The notes: a model not told the origin generated them from the letters alone. Positions 42,656-54,361 are shown, counted from the first letter of the stretch. The stretch is 64,000 nt of DNA from an uncultured Rivularia sp. (GCA_963665115.1 OY762007.1:8096001-8160000), one strand, 5' to 3'. Numbers and translations: made by a program.

Positions 42656-43036
42656 TCATTCAGTAACTAAATCTAAAGGTTCGCAAAATTCCGGTATGCC
42701 TTGCTTGAAAACATAAAGCAAAACCGGAGTTACCAATACGGTAGGGAATGTGGGCGTTTTTTGGATTTGTTCTATGAGCTTGTCTACAGAACCTTCTGCC
42801 AAATCCGCACGCCATTCTTGCTGACAAATTAGCGATCGCCATTTTTTCGCTAGACTATCCAACCATTCGGAATTGGCAATTTCTGGCTGCTGCCCTGCTT
42901 TGATAGCCAAAGTCATTGCAGCATCTTCTAAGTCTCCGTCACAATCGGAAATCAAATCGAGCGCCTGTAATGCTGGAGGATAATTAGCAAATGTAGAGCG
43001 AAATTGGGCAATTTCTTGTGATGTAACTTTAGTCAT
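42656..43036 (-). CDS. Hypothetical protein
   Basis: 126-aa ORF co-oriented with neighbours; 'LDLISDCDGDLEDA'. Confidence 0.75.
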   Translation of the reverse strand: MTKVTSQEIAQFRSTFANYPPALQALDLISDCDGDLEDAAMTLAIKAGQQPEIANSEWLDSLAKKWRSLICQQEWRADLAEGSVDKLIEQIQKTPTFPTVLVTPVLLYVFKQGIPEFCEPLDLVTE

Positions 43037-43365
43037 ACAAATACTGTGTTTTCAGATAAATATTACAGTATTTTAACTACAAAAAGTTAGCTTGAATACA
43101 AATTAAATCAAATTGCAATGTTTTTGATTATACCGATTAATTAACAATCAAAGCTTTTCTTCTGCGAAAAGAGAGGTTTAGGAACATATAAAAATATGCT
43201 TCTAATGCGCTATATTACTTTCATAATTTATAGGTACAAAATAAATATGGTATGAATAAAACCCGCAATTACTTTCACAAACATAATTAGCCAAAAGTCT
43301 ATAGTTACAGTTAAAAGCTAATAGCTAATAACGAATAACTAATAACTAATGACTAATAACGGGTA

Positions 43366-45417
43366 TCAACGCAATCCTCGTGCAGTAACGGCGCGTTGTA
43401 AAGTAGCCAAAGCACGATTGTAATCCAAAATTGCGGTAATTCGATTACCTTCGGCTCTAGTCAAAGCGTTTTCGGCATCGAGTACTTCCAGTTGAGTTCC
43501 AACACCGGCTTGAAAACGCAAGCGAGCTAATCTTAAAGATTCTCTTGCTTGATCCAAAGCTGCTTGAGAGGTTTGTACGTTTTCCAAGTTGGATTGCTGT
43601 TGTGAATAAGCTTGTTCTACTTGAAAGCGGATTTGATTGCGCTGTTGAGAAAACTGGGTTTCGGTTATTTCAGTATCGACTTTTGCTTGTGCCGCTCGCC
43701 CTTTCGATGCACCACCATCGAATAAGTTAAGGTTTGCTATTAATGCGACGCTGTAACCATTAGTCAATCCCACGCTATCGTTAAACTGATCTAGTAGGTT
43801 GTAGTTAGCTTCAATAGCTACTTGCGGGCCAAGTTGTGCAAGTGCTTCCCGTCGCTGCTGTTGGTTAATATTGCGCTGCGCTAACTGCTGTTGCAATTCG
43901 GGACGATTCTGATAAGCCAAAACTATACTCTTTTCCAGCGGTTGATTCCACAAACCAGCCAATTTGACAGGATCTGCGGCGCTAAGAGTAGCTGACTGCG
44001 CTAAATTTAACCGTGTTGCTAACGCACGACGAGCAATGCGCTGTTGCGATTCGGCATTAGTTAACTGTTGCTGGGAGTTTGCTAAGTTAACCTGAGTACG
44101 CAACGAGTCAAAGCGCGTTCCTACACCAGCTTCTTCTAATGCTCTCGCATCTCGTAAACTTGCTTCAGCATTGACTACAGCGGCTCTGGATATGCGGACT
44201 TGTTCGTCGGATTCTTGCAAGTTGTAATACTCGGTGGCTACGTTTAAACGAATTTCTTCAGATAAACGCTCAACGTCTAATTCTTGCAACCGCACCTGTT
44301 CTTTAGCTTGGCGAATGCGTGCAGAACGCGCTCCAGAGGTGTACAAATCGTAACTCACCTGTGCCCCACCAGTGAAAGAAGTTGTGGGGTCGTCAGTATC
44401 ATCGGGTAGTTGAGGATTAAGTCTACGTTGAAGTTCGCTTCCTGCCGAAGAAGATCGCTCTACTCGACCACTCAAACCTACATTAGGCAATAAAGCGGCT
44501 CTTGCTACCTTCAAACCTGCTTGTGCCCGTTCTAGCTGCAATAAAGCTACCTGTAGTTCTTGATTATTGCGTCTTGCAAATTCTAAAGCCTGCTGCAATG
44601 TAAGTGCTTGATTTTGGTCAGTTCTTACTTCAGAAGGCCTGGTGGGATATTGCAGGGGGTTGGCGCTGGGGTCAAGACTGGGAGGAATTGGAGCGGGACC
44701 CTGTAAACGCGGTCTTGTTGGCTGTACGGGAGCGGGAGAGAGTGGTTGAGCTAATTTATTGTTAGGAATAGAATTATTTTGACAAGCCCCAACCGCTGAG
44801 GATGATGAAATATTTTGCAGTTTTAAATCATCTTGTCCCCTTTCTGGCGTATCCTGCGGTATGGGGCATGGTTGTACTTTTAACAGTTCTGCTGCTCCTG
44901 GCCCAGTAGCAATTTTCTGTAATTTTTGTAATATTTTATCGTCTGGATTTTTTTTGACTACCACCGGGGCAATATTGATTCCAGATGAATGATTATTTCC
45001 AAAAGAAACTTTGCTAGATGAAGGTTTTTTCAAGGCTTGTGTCGAACTTCTATGGGAAGCCGTTTTCAAGCTCTGGGTTTTTGCAGTTTGATTGTTTTTG
45101 CTTATCGCATTAATTAAGACTCCAGTTTCACCAGCCACATTCACCCCTGAAATTTGGCGATTGACTTGTTTTACGTTGCTCGGTTCAACCCCCGTGGGGA
45201 TCACTGGCGCGGGATACTTATTGTCAACCGTATCTTTTAGCGGGCTAAAAGTATTAGTTAAATCTTCTTCGCTACTTATACTGGTAGTAAAGATACTAGG
45301 ATAAAGACCCAAATGCGAGTCATCCACAGTTACGGTATCAGCCAAACCAGGCTGAGCCGTTAAGACTGCTACTGTCACACCGGGCAAGAAACTATTTAAT
45401 ATTTGCTGTGCTTTCAC
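43366..45417 (-). CDS. tolC: TolC-family outer membrane efflux protein (HgdD-like)
   Basis: OEP repeats 'LTLQQALEFARRNNQEL', 'LRLARLRFQAGVGTQLEVLDAE'; follows kaiC as recalled for Anabaena hgdD. Confidence 0.92.
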   Translation of the reverse strand: MKAQQILNSFLPGVTVAVLTAQPGLADTVTVDDSHLGLYPSIFTTSISSEEDLTNTFSPLKDTVDNKYPAPVIPTGVEPSNVKQVNRQISGVNVAGETGVLINAISKNNQTAKTQSLKTASHRSSTQALKKPSSSKVSFGNNHSSGINIAPVVVKKNPDDKILQKLQKIATGPGAAELLKVQPCPIPQDTPERGQDDLKLQNISSSSAVGACQNNSIPNNKLAQPLSPAPVQPTRPRLQGPAPIPPSLDPSANPLQYPTRPSEVRTDQNQALTLQQALEFARRNNQELQVALLQLERAQAGLKVARAALLPNVGLSGRVERSSSAGSELQRRLNPQLPDDTDDPTTSFTGGAQVSYDLYTSGARSARIRQAKEQVRLQELDVERLSEEIRLNVATEYYNLQESDEQVRISRAAVVNAEASLRDARALEEAGVGTRFDSLRTQVNLANSQQQLTNAESQQRIARRALATRLNLAQSATLSAADPVKLAGLWNQPLEKSIVLAYQNRPELQQQLAQRNINQQQRREALAQLGPQVAIEANYNLLDQFNDSVGLTNGYSVALIANLNLFDGGASKGRAAQAKVDTEITETQFSQQRNQIRFQVEQAYSQQQSNLENVQTSQAALDQARESLRLARLRFQAGVGTQLEVLDAENALTRAEGNRITAILDYNRALATLQRAVTARGLR

Positions 45418-45509
45418 CGCATTTCCTCACACTACAATCAAGCGGCAGAAACTATTTTCTCACCACAGACTATATCACGCTTAGAACCGAAGTAATGTTA
45501 ACTCAGATG

Positions 45510-47076
45510 CTAAGAATCAGATGTTTTATCGTCTTCAAAACCCCTAACGATGCGAGATAGTTCCGCCTTTTCATCGATACTAACGCGGCTCGGCACTCCG
45601 CTGATAATTCTTTCGTAATCTTGGAATGAATTTTTGATTTGGGGACCTTCACGAGTTATGTTGTATTCCCTAATACCCTTGTCGTGCCAAGAACCGCGCA
45701 TTTTAAATACGTTGATTGCTCGCGACATTTCTCCACGAATTTCTACATATTGCAATAGGATAATCGTGTCGGTGATAGTGGAAATATGAGAATCGGTAAT
45801 CGAATTTGAACCCAAAAAGTGAGTGGTAGTGTTAGTAAAAAAGCCAGTAATTTCCTCTTGCTTGGCGTAAGCAGTTACACCAATAACAAATTGCCGAAAC
45901 GCATTATTAGAAACACCCCGATCTAAAGCACTAAGGGAATCTATGGCAATACGATTCGGCTTAAATTCAGAAATTTCTGACTTAATAATTTGCAGGTGAT
46001 CTTCTAAACCAGTTGACTCGGGATAAGCACAAATAATTTTTAACAATCCTTGCTTTTCTAACTGCTCAAAATCAATTCCCCAGGAAGTAGCATTACGAGA
46101 AAGTTGTGCGCGGGATTCTTCATAGGCAAATAGTATCGAGCGTTCGCCTTTCTGACAACCTTCCTGCAAAAATTTGCTGACTAACAGCGTTTTACCCGTA
46201 CCTGTAGCACCTGTAGCCAAAATAATCGAATCTTTAAAAAATCCACCCCCGCACATCCGATCTAGGTATTCGACTCCTGAAGATACGCGGACATTTGAAG
46301 AACGTTGAGTCAACTGCATTGCGCCCAATGGGAAAATATTTATCCCGTCATTGGTAATTGTAAAAGGATATTCTCCTTTCATATGAGTCGTACCGCGCAA
46401 TTTGAGAATTTCAATGGTGCGTCTGCGGCGTTCTCCTTCTAAAACGTTACGAAAAATTATTACATTGTCCGAGACAAATTCTTCTACTCCGAATGTTGCC
46501 ACCGGGGCCGTATTCTTCTCGTCGTTCGGTTGTCATGACGGTGGTAACGTGCAATTTTTTTAAACGCGCAACTAAACGAAAAATTTCTCGTCGTACCAAA
46601 CCTGCTGCTTCGTACTGTTGAAAAATTGCTGTTACCGAGTCAATGGAAATGCGCTTTGCTTTGTATTTTTGAATCGCGTATTGCAAGCGCTCTATCAATC
46701 CCGATAAGTCAAAGTTACCGATAACTTCTTGACCTTCAGGATCGGGAGAAGCATCGAGAATAAATAATTGACCGTCGTCAATTAACTGTTGTAAATTCCA
46801 ACCAAATATACGGGCATTTCTGATAATATCGTTGGGAGCTTCTTCAAAAGTGACAAATATTCCTGGTTCTTCAAAGTGAGTAATGCCGTTATAAAGAAAT
46901 TGTAGAGAATATAATGTTTTACCCGTCCCGGAGGTACCGCTGACCAAAGTTGTTCTACCTTTAGGCAATCCACCATGAGTAATATCATCAAAACCTTCTA
47001 TCAAGGTATGAATCTTTTCGACACCCCGACTTGATAAAGGTTTGCTAGTCTGTAGCGGCTTATCTTTCTCGCTCAT
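45510..47076 (-). CDS. kaiC: Circadian clock ATPase/kinase KaiC, split by one +1 frameshift
   Basis: Walker A 'GTSGTGKT' and 'GATGTGKT'; phosphosite region 'DSHISTITD'; removing one base at 46504-46507 restores EEYGPVATFGVEEFVSD. Confidence 0.95.
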
Positions 47077-47209
47077 TGCTTATTAACTACAAATAGTAAA
47101 TTGACCGTCCTAGTTTAAGATTTGGAATTTTGGATTTCGTAAATCTAAAATAGAATGGGTCCGGGTATGGTAATAACTACAGTTCGTTCATGAACCTCTA
47201 TATAGTTTA

Positions 47210-47530
47210 CTATTCCAAGTTGTTTTCTTGTTCGCTGTCTGGTGCATCCAATAAATTTAATCCGATTAATACTCTTTCTTTGTCAGATAGATCCCCAATT
47301 ATTTTACGAACTGGGGGTGGTAAAATTTTCGACAAGGTTGGTGTAGCCAAAATTTTGTCATCCTCTGCTTGCTGCGGATTCTTTTGCACATCGATAACTT
47401 TTAAGGCATAAACTCCTTTAAATTCCTGCTCTAATATTGTTTTGAGGGTCTTCAGTGCCTGTACTGAGTTGGGTGTGTTACCTGAGACATAAAGTTTTAG
47501 GACATAGGTCTGACCATCTTGATGGTTCAT
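47210..47530 (-). CDS. kaiB: Circadian clock protein KaiB
   Basis: '[14 protein letters not shown]...ALKVIDV...[25 protein letters not shown]'. Confidence 0.97.
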   Translation of the reverse strand: MNHQDGQTYVLKLYVSGNTPNSVQALKTLKTILEQEFKGVYALKVIDVQKNPQQAEDDKILATPTLSKILPPPVRKIIGDLSDKERVLIGLNLLDAPDSEQENNLE

Positions 47531-47646
47531 GCGCGCATCTTGGGGTAGAAAATAAACAAGAAAAAAAGGGGATAAATTTTAACCCGTATTTAAACAACAA
47601 ATAAATATATTTATGTTATTTATCTTCTGACAAATAACGTAAAACA

Positions 47647-48000
47647 TCAACCCTTAGAAATATTAGAACGTCGATACATTTCGCATAGGTGAGCTAACAT
47701 ATCAATCAATGTCAAGCGATAATCAAGAAGTAATGAATTATAATCGCTTCTACCTTCTATTTTTAGCTGTTTGGAAAATTCATCTACTAAATCCATATGA
47801 ATCTCAATAATTTGAGGCACGGGAATATTAGCACAAAATATTGTATTGATTAATTTATCTATTTGTTCTTTTAGATTTGTATCATTTGTGAAGTATTTAA
47901 TCATAATTTGACGATATTCAGACTTAATCTTTTGCAAAATTTCTTTTTTTTGATTTGAATCCATTTGCTCAAATAAGAGCATTATTTCAGATTGTGACAT
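47647..48000 (-). CDS. kaiA: Circadian clock protein KaiA, C-terminal domain only
   Basis: 'IEIHMDLVDEFSKQLKIEGRSD...LLDYRLTLIDMLAHLCEMYRRS'; 117 aa. Confidence 0.95.
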   Translation of the reverse strand: MSQSEIMLLFEQMDSNQKKEILQKIKSEYRQIMIKYFTNDTNLKEQIDKLINTIFCANIPVPQIIEIHMDLVDEFSKQLKIEGRSDYNSLLLDYRLTLIDMLAHLCEMYRRSNISKG

Positions 48001-48921
48001 CTAACTACATATCCATTTTTTCCCTATGCTTATTCATTTATTTTCAACTACATATAGTCTTTGTTATACAAATATTTACAAAGGCTACAGTAATTTTCAT
48101 TCTCTACAAATAATCTGGATTCGATTGGGTAACATCGCCCTAACTTTTCAAATCGGAAGATTGTTACATTCCGAACGTAGAAAATTATATTAACAAATAC
48201 ATATTTATATTTATCATTGTTTTTAAGTTATGCTAATTTTTTCAAATTATTTCGCTTTAGACTTTCAATAATAAGATACTTTACGTTTGATCGTTAATTT
48301 ACTCTAAGTAAATTGTTGTTGTTATATTCAAAACAATATATTATCAAAAGATTGGTCTTTATCTCGTATTAAAAAGTAGAAAAGAAAAAATTGTTCGTAA
48401 GCAATAATAATTTATGTCAATTTTCTTGATCGTTACTATGGCATTTTTAGGGCGGAAGCTATATTATGGATAAAAAAATAGCTCCTGCTTTACACATAAT
48501 ATTTTTTTAATTTTCCTTGATGATAAGATAGATGAAGTAGCTTTAAAAAATGTCATAATTTGAATCGTTATAATTACTAAAGATTTTTAGGCTAATTTTG
48601 GAGTAATAATTGTCTTAATGGTTGCTATCAGATGCATCATGGTATCAACTCCTTTATGGACGCAAGTGATTGCCTCCCCGATGTATCTGCTGGCAGTAAA
48701 AGTAGAAACCCGCCGCACCGACAACTCTTGTATCGGCAAGTAGGCTCCTGCGATATCGAACTCCATTGCTTGCATAAAGCATATAGCTTCGATTCAAAAT
48801 CGTCCTGTGATGTCGCCGTCCCTTTAAAGTGAACAACGATTCAACTTATAAAAGGAACAAAACTAGCAGTGAGGACGGTGATGCCGGATGCTCTATAAAG
48901 AAGAATAACTCCAGAAGGCAA

Positions 48922-51900
48922 ATGTCAATTCAACATTACCCGCTTTACGAGTTTATTACTAGAGTCCCTAGTTGCTATGAAACTACTCCTCTTCTAGAGG
49001 TGTTATCTTTTTTTGAGCAAGAGCAGCATTCTGTGCAGTTAGTAGTGCTAGACGAGCAACAAGTTCCCTGTTGTTTGCTTGATGCAACGAATCTGCTAGA
49101 GTTTTTCATCTATGGAAAACAGGACGAGCTAGGAAACACACGCGAATTTGATTGGAATCAACCAATATCTTGTTTAGATGCAAAATTTATCCAACCAATC
49201 CAAATCTTAAGCTCATCTTTAAGTTTAGAGCAATTTGGTTCAAAATTGCGTACTCAAAAATTGCCAGTAAGCTCTCAGAATCGGGTGCTAGTAGATGAAT
49301 ATGGTAAATTTTTAGGACTTTTAGATAGTTGTAAGTTGTTGGGGCATTTAGCGTCATCGCAAAGGAAAAACAAAACCGTAGGCATAGCTTCAGGGAATAG
49401 AAACACGCAATATCAAGAAGCAACTAATGGAATTTCGGTTATTCCCAGGAATGTTATAACCCAAACCCATTCCGATGGTGCTGAAGTTATCAGTTATGCA
49501 GATGCGAAAAATAAAATATATTCTTCGAGAAACCGGAATAAAAGTCAATGGTCGTATAAGTATGCGGCACAATTACTTAAAGGGCTTCCTTGGGCGTTAA
49601 TGTTAGAAACAGATACTAAAGAAGTAGTATCGCAAAATCAACTTTGGTACGAACAGCTTGGGGAATTAAAAGATCCGCAAGGGTTCAAAGAACTTTGGGA
49701 AAGCACAATTGAAGACAATTTTACACAAACAGATGTTGAGCCTGAGTTAAAGCACTCCAAGGAAGGCTCCACCTTAAACCGTTGTTTTATAGACAGCGAA
49801 CCAGGTAGTTGTGTTTGTGTTGTAGAAATGCAGGATGGCCAAGAAAGAGTTTGGCGGTTTACGAAGATACCTGTAGATATTTGCGATATTGACCTTCAGG
49901 ATTTAAAAAACGAAGAAATACCGGAAAATGGTCAATTGTGGCTGGTTTTGGCTAGCGATATTACCGAACAACAGCAACTAACCCAAGAATTAGCAGCGAA
50001 AAACGCCGATTTAATTCAACTCAATCGTTTAAAAGATGAATTTTTGGCTTGTATCAGTCACGAATTAAAAACTCCTTTAACAGCGGTATTGGGGTTATCG
50101 CGTTTGTTATCCGATCAGCAGTTAGGGAAACTTAACGATAGGCAAGCAAAGTATGCTAAATTAATTCATCAAAGCGGTCGTCATTTGATGAGCGTAGTTA
50201 ACGATATTTTGGATTTAACCCGCATGGAAACGGGCCAAATGACGCTAACTCCTACCAAAGTCAATATTAAAAACGTTTGCGATCGCGCTTTAACAGAAGC
50301 CAAAGCGATTCATACTCAAACAAGCAAAGCCATAATATCGGATTCAGTTGAAGAATATGAATTTGTTCTTGATATTGAGTCAGGATTAGAAGAAATTATT
50401 GCTGACGAATTGCGTTTGCGTCAAATGCTGATTCATCTGCTTTCTAACGCTTTCAAGTTTACCGAAGCAGGTGGTGAAATAGGCTTGCAGATCAATAGTT
50501 GGGAAGGTTGGGTTGCTTTTACCGTTTGGGATACGGGTATTGGTATTGCCGATAGCCAGCAACATTTGATATTTCAAAAGTTTCAGCAATTGGAAAATCC
50601 CATGACTCGTCAACATGAAGGCACGGGTTTGGGGTTAGTATTAACTAGGGCTTTAGCTCGACTTCATGGTGGTGACGTAAGCTTTTTATCGCGAGAAGGT
50701 TCGGGAAGCCAATTTACAGTGCTTTTACCTCCATCTCCTCCTCATAAAATGGTTGGAGAAATCGGTGTGGGCGATACGGAAGGATACTTACAAACAGTAG
50801 GCTCGCAAGTTACAGAAGAGAAGCCATTAATAAAGTCTGGTTTACCCAAAGAATTACCACTGGAAAATATTCCTGCTTCCACAAGTAAAAATAATTTTAA
50901 CTCTAATTTTTCTAAAGATCGAAATTCTAATCTATCGCTACAAAGTTTTCCTAACAGTTTAGTTTTGGTTGTAGAAACAGTAGCTAGATATATAGATGAT
51001 TTCACGAAGCATTTAAGTACTTTAGGATATCGAGTAGTAGTAGCTCGTTCTGGCTGCGAAGCATTGGAAAAAGCCCGGAGACTGCAACCATTAGCAGTTT
51101 TTATCAATCCTTTGCTACCGATACTTTCGGGTTGGGATGTATTGACATTAATCAAATCTGATGTTGCAACTCGGGATATTCCGACGATTGTAACGGCTAG
51201 CGCAGCAGAAAAAGAACAAGCATTTAGCAAACGCGCCGATTATTTCCTCAACTTACCTGTTACTTATCAAGCTTTAGCAGGGTTATTAGAAACGATTAGC
51301 CACATACCCGAAGAAAAGCCAGCAGATGTAAAAAAAAGTAGCATCCCGCAAGCAAAAACCCCATTGCGGATATTGAGATTAGTTGAACCCGAAGTAGAAT
51401 CATTAAGTTATCATGCATCGCTGGGAAAACATCGAGTCATAGAAGCAGATGACTTAGAACAAGCACAACTCTTAGCTCGTGTTTGGAAGTTCGATGTGGC
51501 TTTATTAGATGTAGAAATGCCTCTTGCTGAAACTTACCTAGAACAAATTGGTCAAAGTCAAACTTTAGCCGCTTTACCCTTAGTAACTCGTAGCGTAGAA
51601 ACTACACAAGCAGCATCAAAGATCGGTAAACTATCGGTATTTCCTTGTTTAACGCAATTGGGCAAGCACAATACTATTGACAAAGAAAAAGCACCAACTT
51701 TATTGTCAGTATTGCAAATTGCTGCTGGTGTATGCTGTCCTCCGAGTATTTTAGTTGTAGATTTAACTGTAATACCGGATTTACCGGGAGCAATAATTGA
51801 TTGCGAAACTAAGAAAACTAAGAAAACTAAAAAAACTAAGAAAGACAACCCCGCTCAAGTTAACTTACCCTGTAGTGGAAAACTTCCATGCCCCCTAAAC

Positions 51901-52284
51901 GACCAACAACTTCAAACAACTCGTCCAACAGAATGGTTTCAAGCTTTGGTTCAGTACCTACAAACAGCAGGTTTCAAAGCAGCAATGTGTAACAGTTGGA
52001 AAGAACTATTACAACTATTGCGTCACGAAAGTGTAGATTTACTATTAATTTGTTTAGAAGAATCCACTATAGAGCTAAAAGTTCAATCGTTAATAGAAAC
52101 ATTAGAACAGATGGCTGCGGATTTACCCCCACTGTTATTACTAGATCAAAGATCGAATTCCAATCAAATAGAATTGGCAGAATTTGAAGCATCAAAAACC
52201 ATCGCAGCACAAGTTTTACCTCGTTCAATTTCAATGGAAAACTTGTTAAGTAGAATCAATCAAGCATTAGCAGTTAGTAGTTAG
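48922..52284 (+). CDS. Hybrid sensor histidine kinase with CBS-like N-terminus and three receiver-like domains
   Basis: H-box 'ISHELKTPL'; N/G boxes 'LLSNAFKFT', 'DTGIGI', 'GTGLGL'; start placed at ATG 48922. Confidence 0.92.
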   Translation: MSIQHYPLYEFITRVPSCYETTPLLEVLSFFEQEQHSVQLVVLDEQQVPCCLLDATNLLEFFIYGKQDELGNTREFDWNQPISCLDAKFIQPIQILSSSLSLEQFGSKLRTQKLPVSSQNRVLVDEYGKFLGLLDSCKLLGHLASSQRKNKTVGIASGNRNTQYQEATNGISVIPRNVITQTHSDGAEVISYADAKNKIYSSRNRNKSQWSYKYAAQLLKGLPWALMLETDTKEVVSQNQLWYEQLGELKDPQGFKELWESTIEDNFTQTDVEPELKHSKEGSTLNRCFIDSEPGSCVCVVEMQDGQERVWRFTKIPVDICDIDLQDLKNEEIPENGQLWLVLASDITEQQQLTQELAAKNADLIQLNRLKDEFLACISHELKTPLTAVLGLSRLLSDQQLGKLNDRQAKYAKLIHQSGRHLMSVVNDILDLTRMETGQMTLTPTKVNIKNVCDRALTEAKAIHTQTSKAIISDSVEEYEFVLDIESGLEEIIADELRLRQMLIHLLSNAFKFTEAGGEIGLQINSWEGWVAFTVWDTGIGIADSQQHLIFQKFQQLENPMTRQHEGTGLGLVLTRALARLHGGDVSFLSREGSGSQFTVLLPPSPPHKMVGEIGVGDTEGYLQTVGSQVTEEKPLIKSGLPKELPLENIPASTSKNNFNSNFSKDRNSNLSLQSFPNSLVLVVETVARYIDDFTKHLSTLGYRVVVARSGCEALEKARRLQPLAVFINPLLPILSGWDVLTLIKSDVATRDIPTIVTASAAEKEQAFSKRADYFLNLPVTYQALAGLLETISHIPEEKPADVKKSSIPQAKTPLRILRLVEPEVESLSYHASLGKHRVIEADDLEQAQLLARVWKFDVALLDVEMPLAETYLEQIGQSQTLAALPLVTRSVETTQAASKIGKLSVFPCLTQLGKHNTIDKEKAPTLLSVLQIAAGVCCPPSILVVDLTVIPDLPGAIIDCETKKTKKTKKTKKDNPAQVNLPCSGKLPCPLNDQQLQTTRPTEWFQALVQYLQTAGFKAAMCNSWKELLQLLRHESVDLLLICLEESTIELKVQSLIETLEQMAADLPPLLLLDQRSNSNQIELAEFEASKTIAAQVLPRSISMENLLSRINQALAVSS

Positions 52285-52470
52285 CAGTTATCAGTTGAAA
52301 CTTGAGATTATAGCCAAATAACTCATAACTCAAATTGCTATTTATGCGATAGCCAGCACGAAACGCTGGGTTTTGGATCGTGTTTCATTATAAAATCCCT
52401 ATTACCCAAATATATTAGAAAAATCAGGATTTAATCGGCGATTACATAATGTCTCGATCTGGATTTTTTT

Positions 52471-53388
52471 TTGTGCAATAAAAAAATGAATCAACTTAAG
52501 TTAGAAATCAAACTACTATTAATTAGCTTACTGCTAAGCACTGGACTGATTGTTTTCACTGGTTCAGAAACAAACGCAATTCTAAAATTGGCAAAGCCAT
52601 CTCATAGTGTTCTTCCTAAAAATACCGAAAAAAATCACACTTTTAGGGCAAGAAAAAAACAAAATACTATCAACCGTGGAACTAAGAATATTAAGTCTTC
52701 TTCACAGCTATTAGTTGGCGGTTGGAGTAGAACAATAGTCAATGATTCTGGTGGCAAAGACCGGATAACTGCATTTTTTGATTCAGACGGTTCTTGGTTT
52801 TATATAGCGACAAGAGATAATGGATATTGGTATGTTTTAAATAAAGGTACTTGGCGGCTTTCCGATAGCATATTATACCAAACAACGGAAGACGGAAAGA
52901 AATTTGAAGGTCCTTTGAAATTTCTATCTGATAATAAGTTCACTTATCGAGATGACGATAACAGTATAAATAAATGGACAAAAATAAGTAGTAAAGGAAA
53001 CTTATCTGCCAGCCAATTGATAGGAACTTGGTCAATGGTTCGTATGAAAAGAGTTGCTTCTGTTCTTACTAGAGACACCAGAAGTATTCTGAACTTAGTT
53101 GAGTTAAATGCAGATGGCACATTTCGTTACGAAAGCGCAAGAGTTGGTGTTGGTGTTAAAATAAAGCGTTTAACTGGAACTTGGGAATATACTAATTCTG
53201 GCTATGCCGATGGATTTTTAATTCTCAAGAATTCTCAAGGTAAAACTGTATCTCTTGGTAGCATTGACTGGACTTCCAAGGAAAACTTTTTGCATATACA
53301 TCGCTCTCAATTCAATCGAGTTAAAAATCAATATTCTCCTGGAAGGATAGAAAGATTTAGCCGTACCAAAGAAAGAATTACACGGTAA
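52471..53388 (+). CDS. Secreted protein with two lipocalin-like beta domains
   Basis: Signal-like N-terminus; repeated 'SSQLLVGGW...GTW' / 'ASQLIGTW...GTW'. Confidence 0.7.
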   Translation: MCNKKMNQLKLEIKLLLISLLLSTGLIVFTGSETNAILKLAKPSHSVLPKNTEKNHTFRARKKQNTINRGTKNIKSSSQLLVGGWSRTIVNDSGGKDRITAFFDSDGSWFYIATRDNGYWYVLNKGTWRLSDSILYQTTEDGKKFEGPLKFLSDNKFTYRDDDNSINKWTKISSKGNLSASQLIGTWSMVRMKRVASVLTRDTRSILNLVELNADGTFRYESARVGVGVKIKRLTGTWEYTNSGYADGFLILKNSQGKTVSLGSIDWTSKENFLHIHRSQFNRVKNQYSPGRIERFSRTKERITR

Positions 53389-54008
53389 TTCAATCCTTTG
53401 TTGCAGCATCATTGGCATCACCGTGCCAAAACGGGAAAATTGTACGCTAAGCCTGAAACTATTTTCCAGCAAGCATTTTAGCTACTCATAAAAATACAGC
53501 ACCCTTTTTTTGATGTTTACCCTTATTTTATTGGTGCAGAGTAGTATATATTCTCTGTACCTTGATAATAATTGCTCCTTCACAAGATGCAATACCAGTT
53601 TGAATTATAATTTTTGTCTTCCTAAAAGAGCCGCACCCAAATTATTTTGAATCGCAATCGCAAATAGTGCAAAACTAAACCAAACCAAACCAAACTAAAA
53701 ATAAATTCTTTCCAAAAAAAAATATACTAAAGTCTAATTTTGATATTATTCTAATTTTGATATTGTTTAAGAGTTATATTTTACTTTTTGAGTCAAGACA
53801 ACCGTTTTGTGCGTAAGTTGATTTTTGGGTACTCGATTTCAAAAAGTGAATAAGTTGAAATTCCTGTTACCTATATATAAACAGGAGACACAAACAACCT
53901 AAACTCGGCAAATACATTTAGATTACTAATAGATTACTAAATCTGTAGTGATAATGTACCGAATGTTAGTTTTACCATCATTTAACGTTACTTATAAGGA
54001 GTTAAGCA

Positions 54009-54206
54009 ATGAAAACAAGCTTTAGCAGAAAATTATTATTGGTTCTAATCCCATTCATATCTATGTTTACAGCTTTTACCAACCCAAGCAATGCCGATAG
54101 TTTACTATCAAGTTCACAAAAGCTACAAGCACAAGATACAACCTCCGATTTCCCTATTATCTATGCGGTTGCTGGCGATAAGAATGGTCATAAAGGAGGA
54201 AGGTAA
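54009..54206 (+). CDS. Small secreted protein (cargo of the Tn3-like element)
   Basis: AAGGAG RBS; signal peptide 'MKTSFSRKLLLVLIPFISMFTAFTNPSNA'. Confidence 0.65.
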   Translation: MKTSFSRKLLLVLIPFISMFTAFTNPSNADSLLSSSQKLQAQDTTSDFPIIYAVAGDKNGHKGGR

Positions 54207-54361
54207 TTAGAAAAACATTTGCTTGTTGAAAAACTTGCTTAACCTGTAAATGAAAGAGAAGGAGGATCTGCACAGCGGCTTCTCCTTCTCTAATATGAAA
54301 ATTTTCTGCTTTCATCATTCGGAAAGCACCGGACTGTAAATTCTGACTTGACACCAATGAT

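Noticed and set aside
45510..47076. Naturally split or programmed-frameshift KaiC
   Set aside because: The break falls inside the CI domain rather than at the CI/CII linker and matches the same +1 homopolymer pattern as five unrelated sites
48587..48900. Small ORFs or structured ncRNA in the kaiA-kinase intergenic region
   Set aside because: Overlapping 60-66 aa ORFs with no recognisable motifs and no recognisable RNA family; likely the kinase leader
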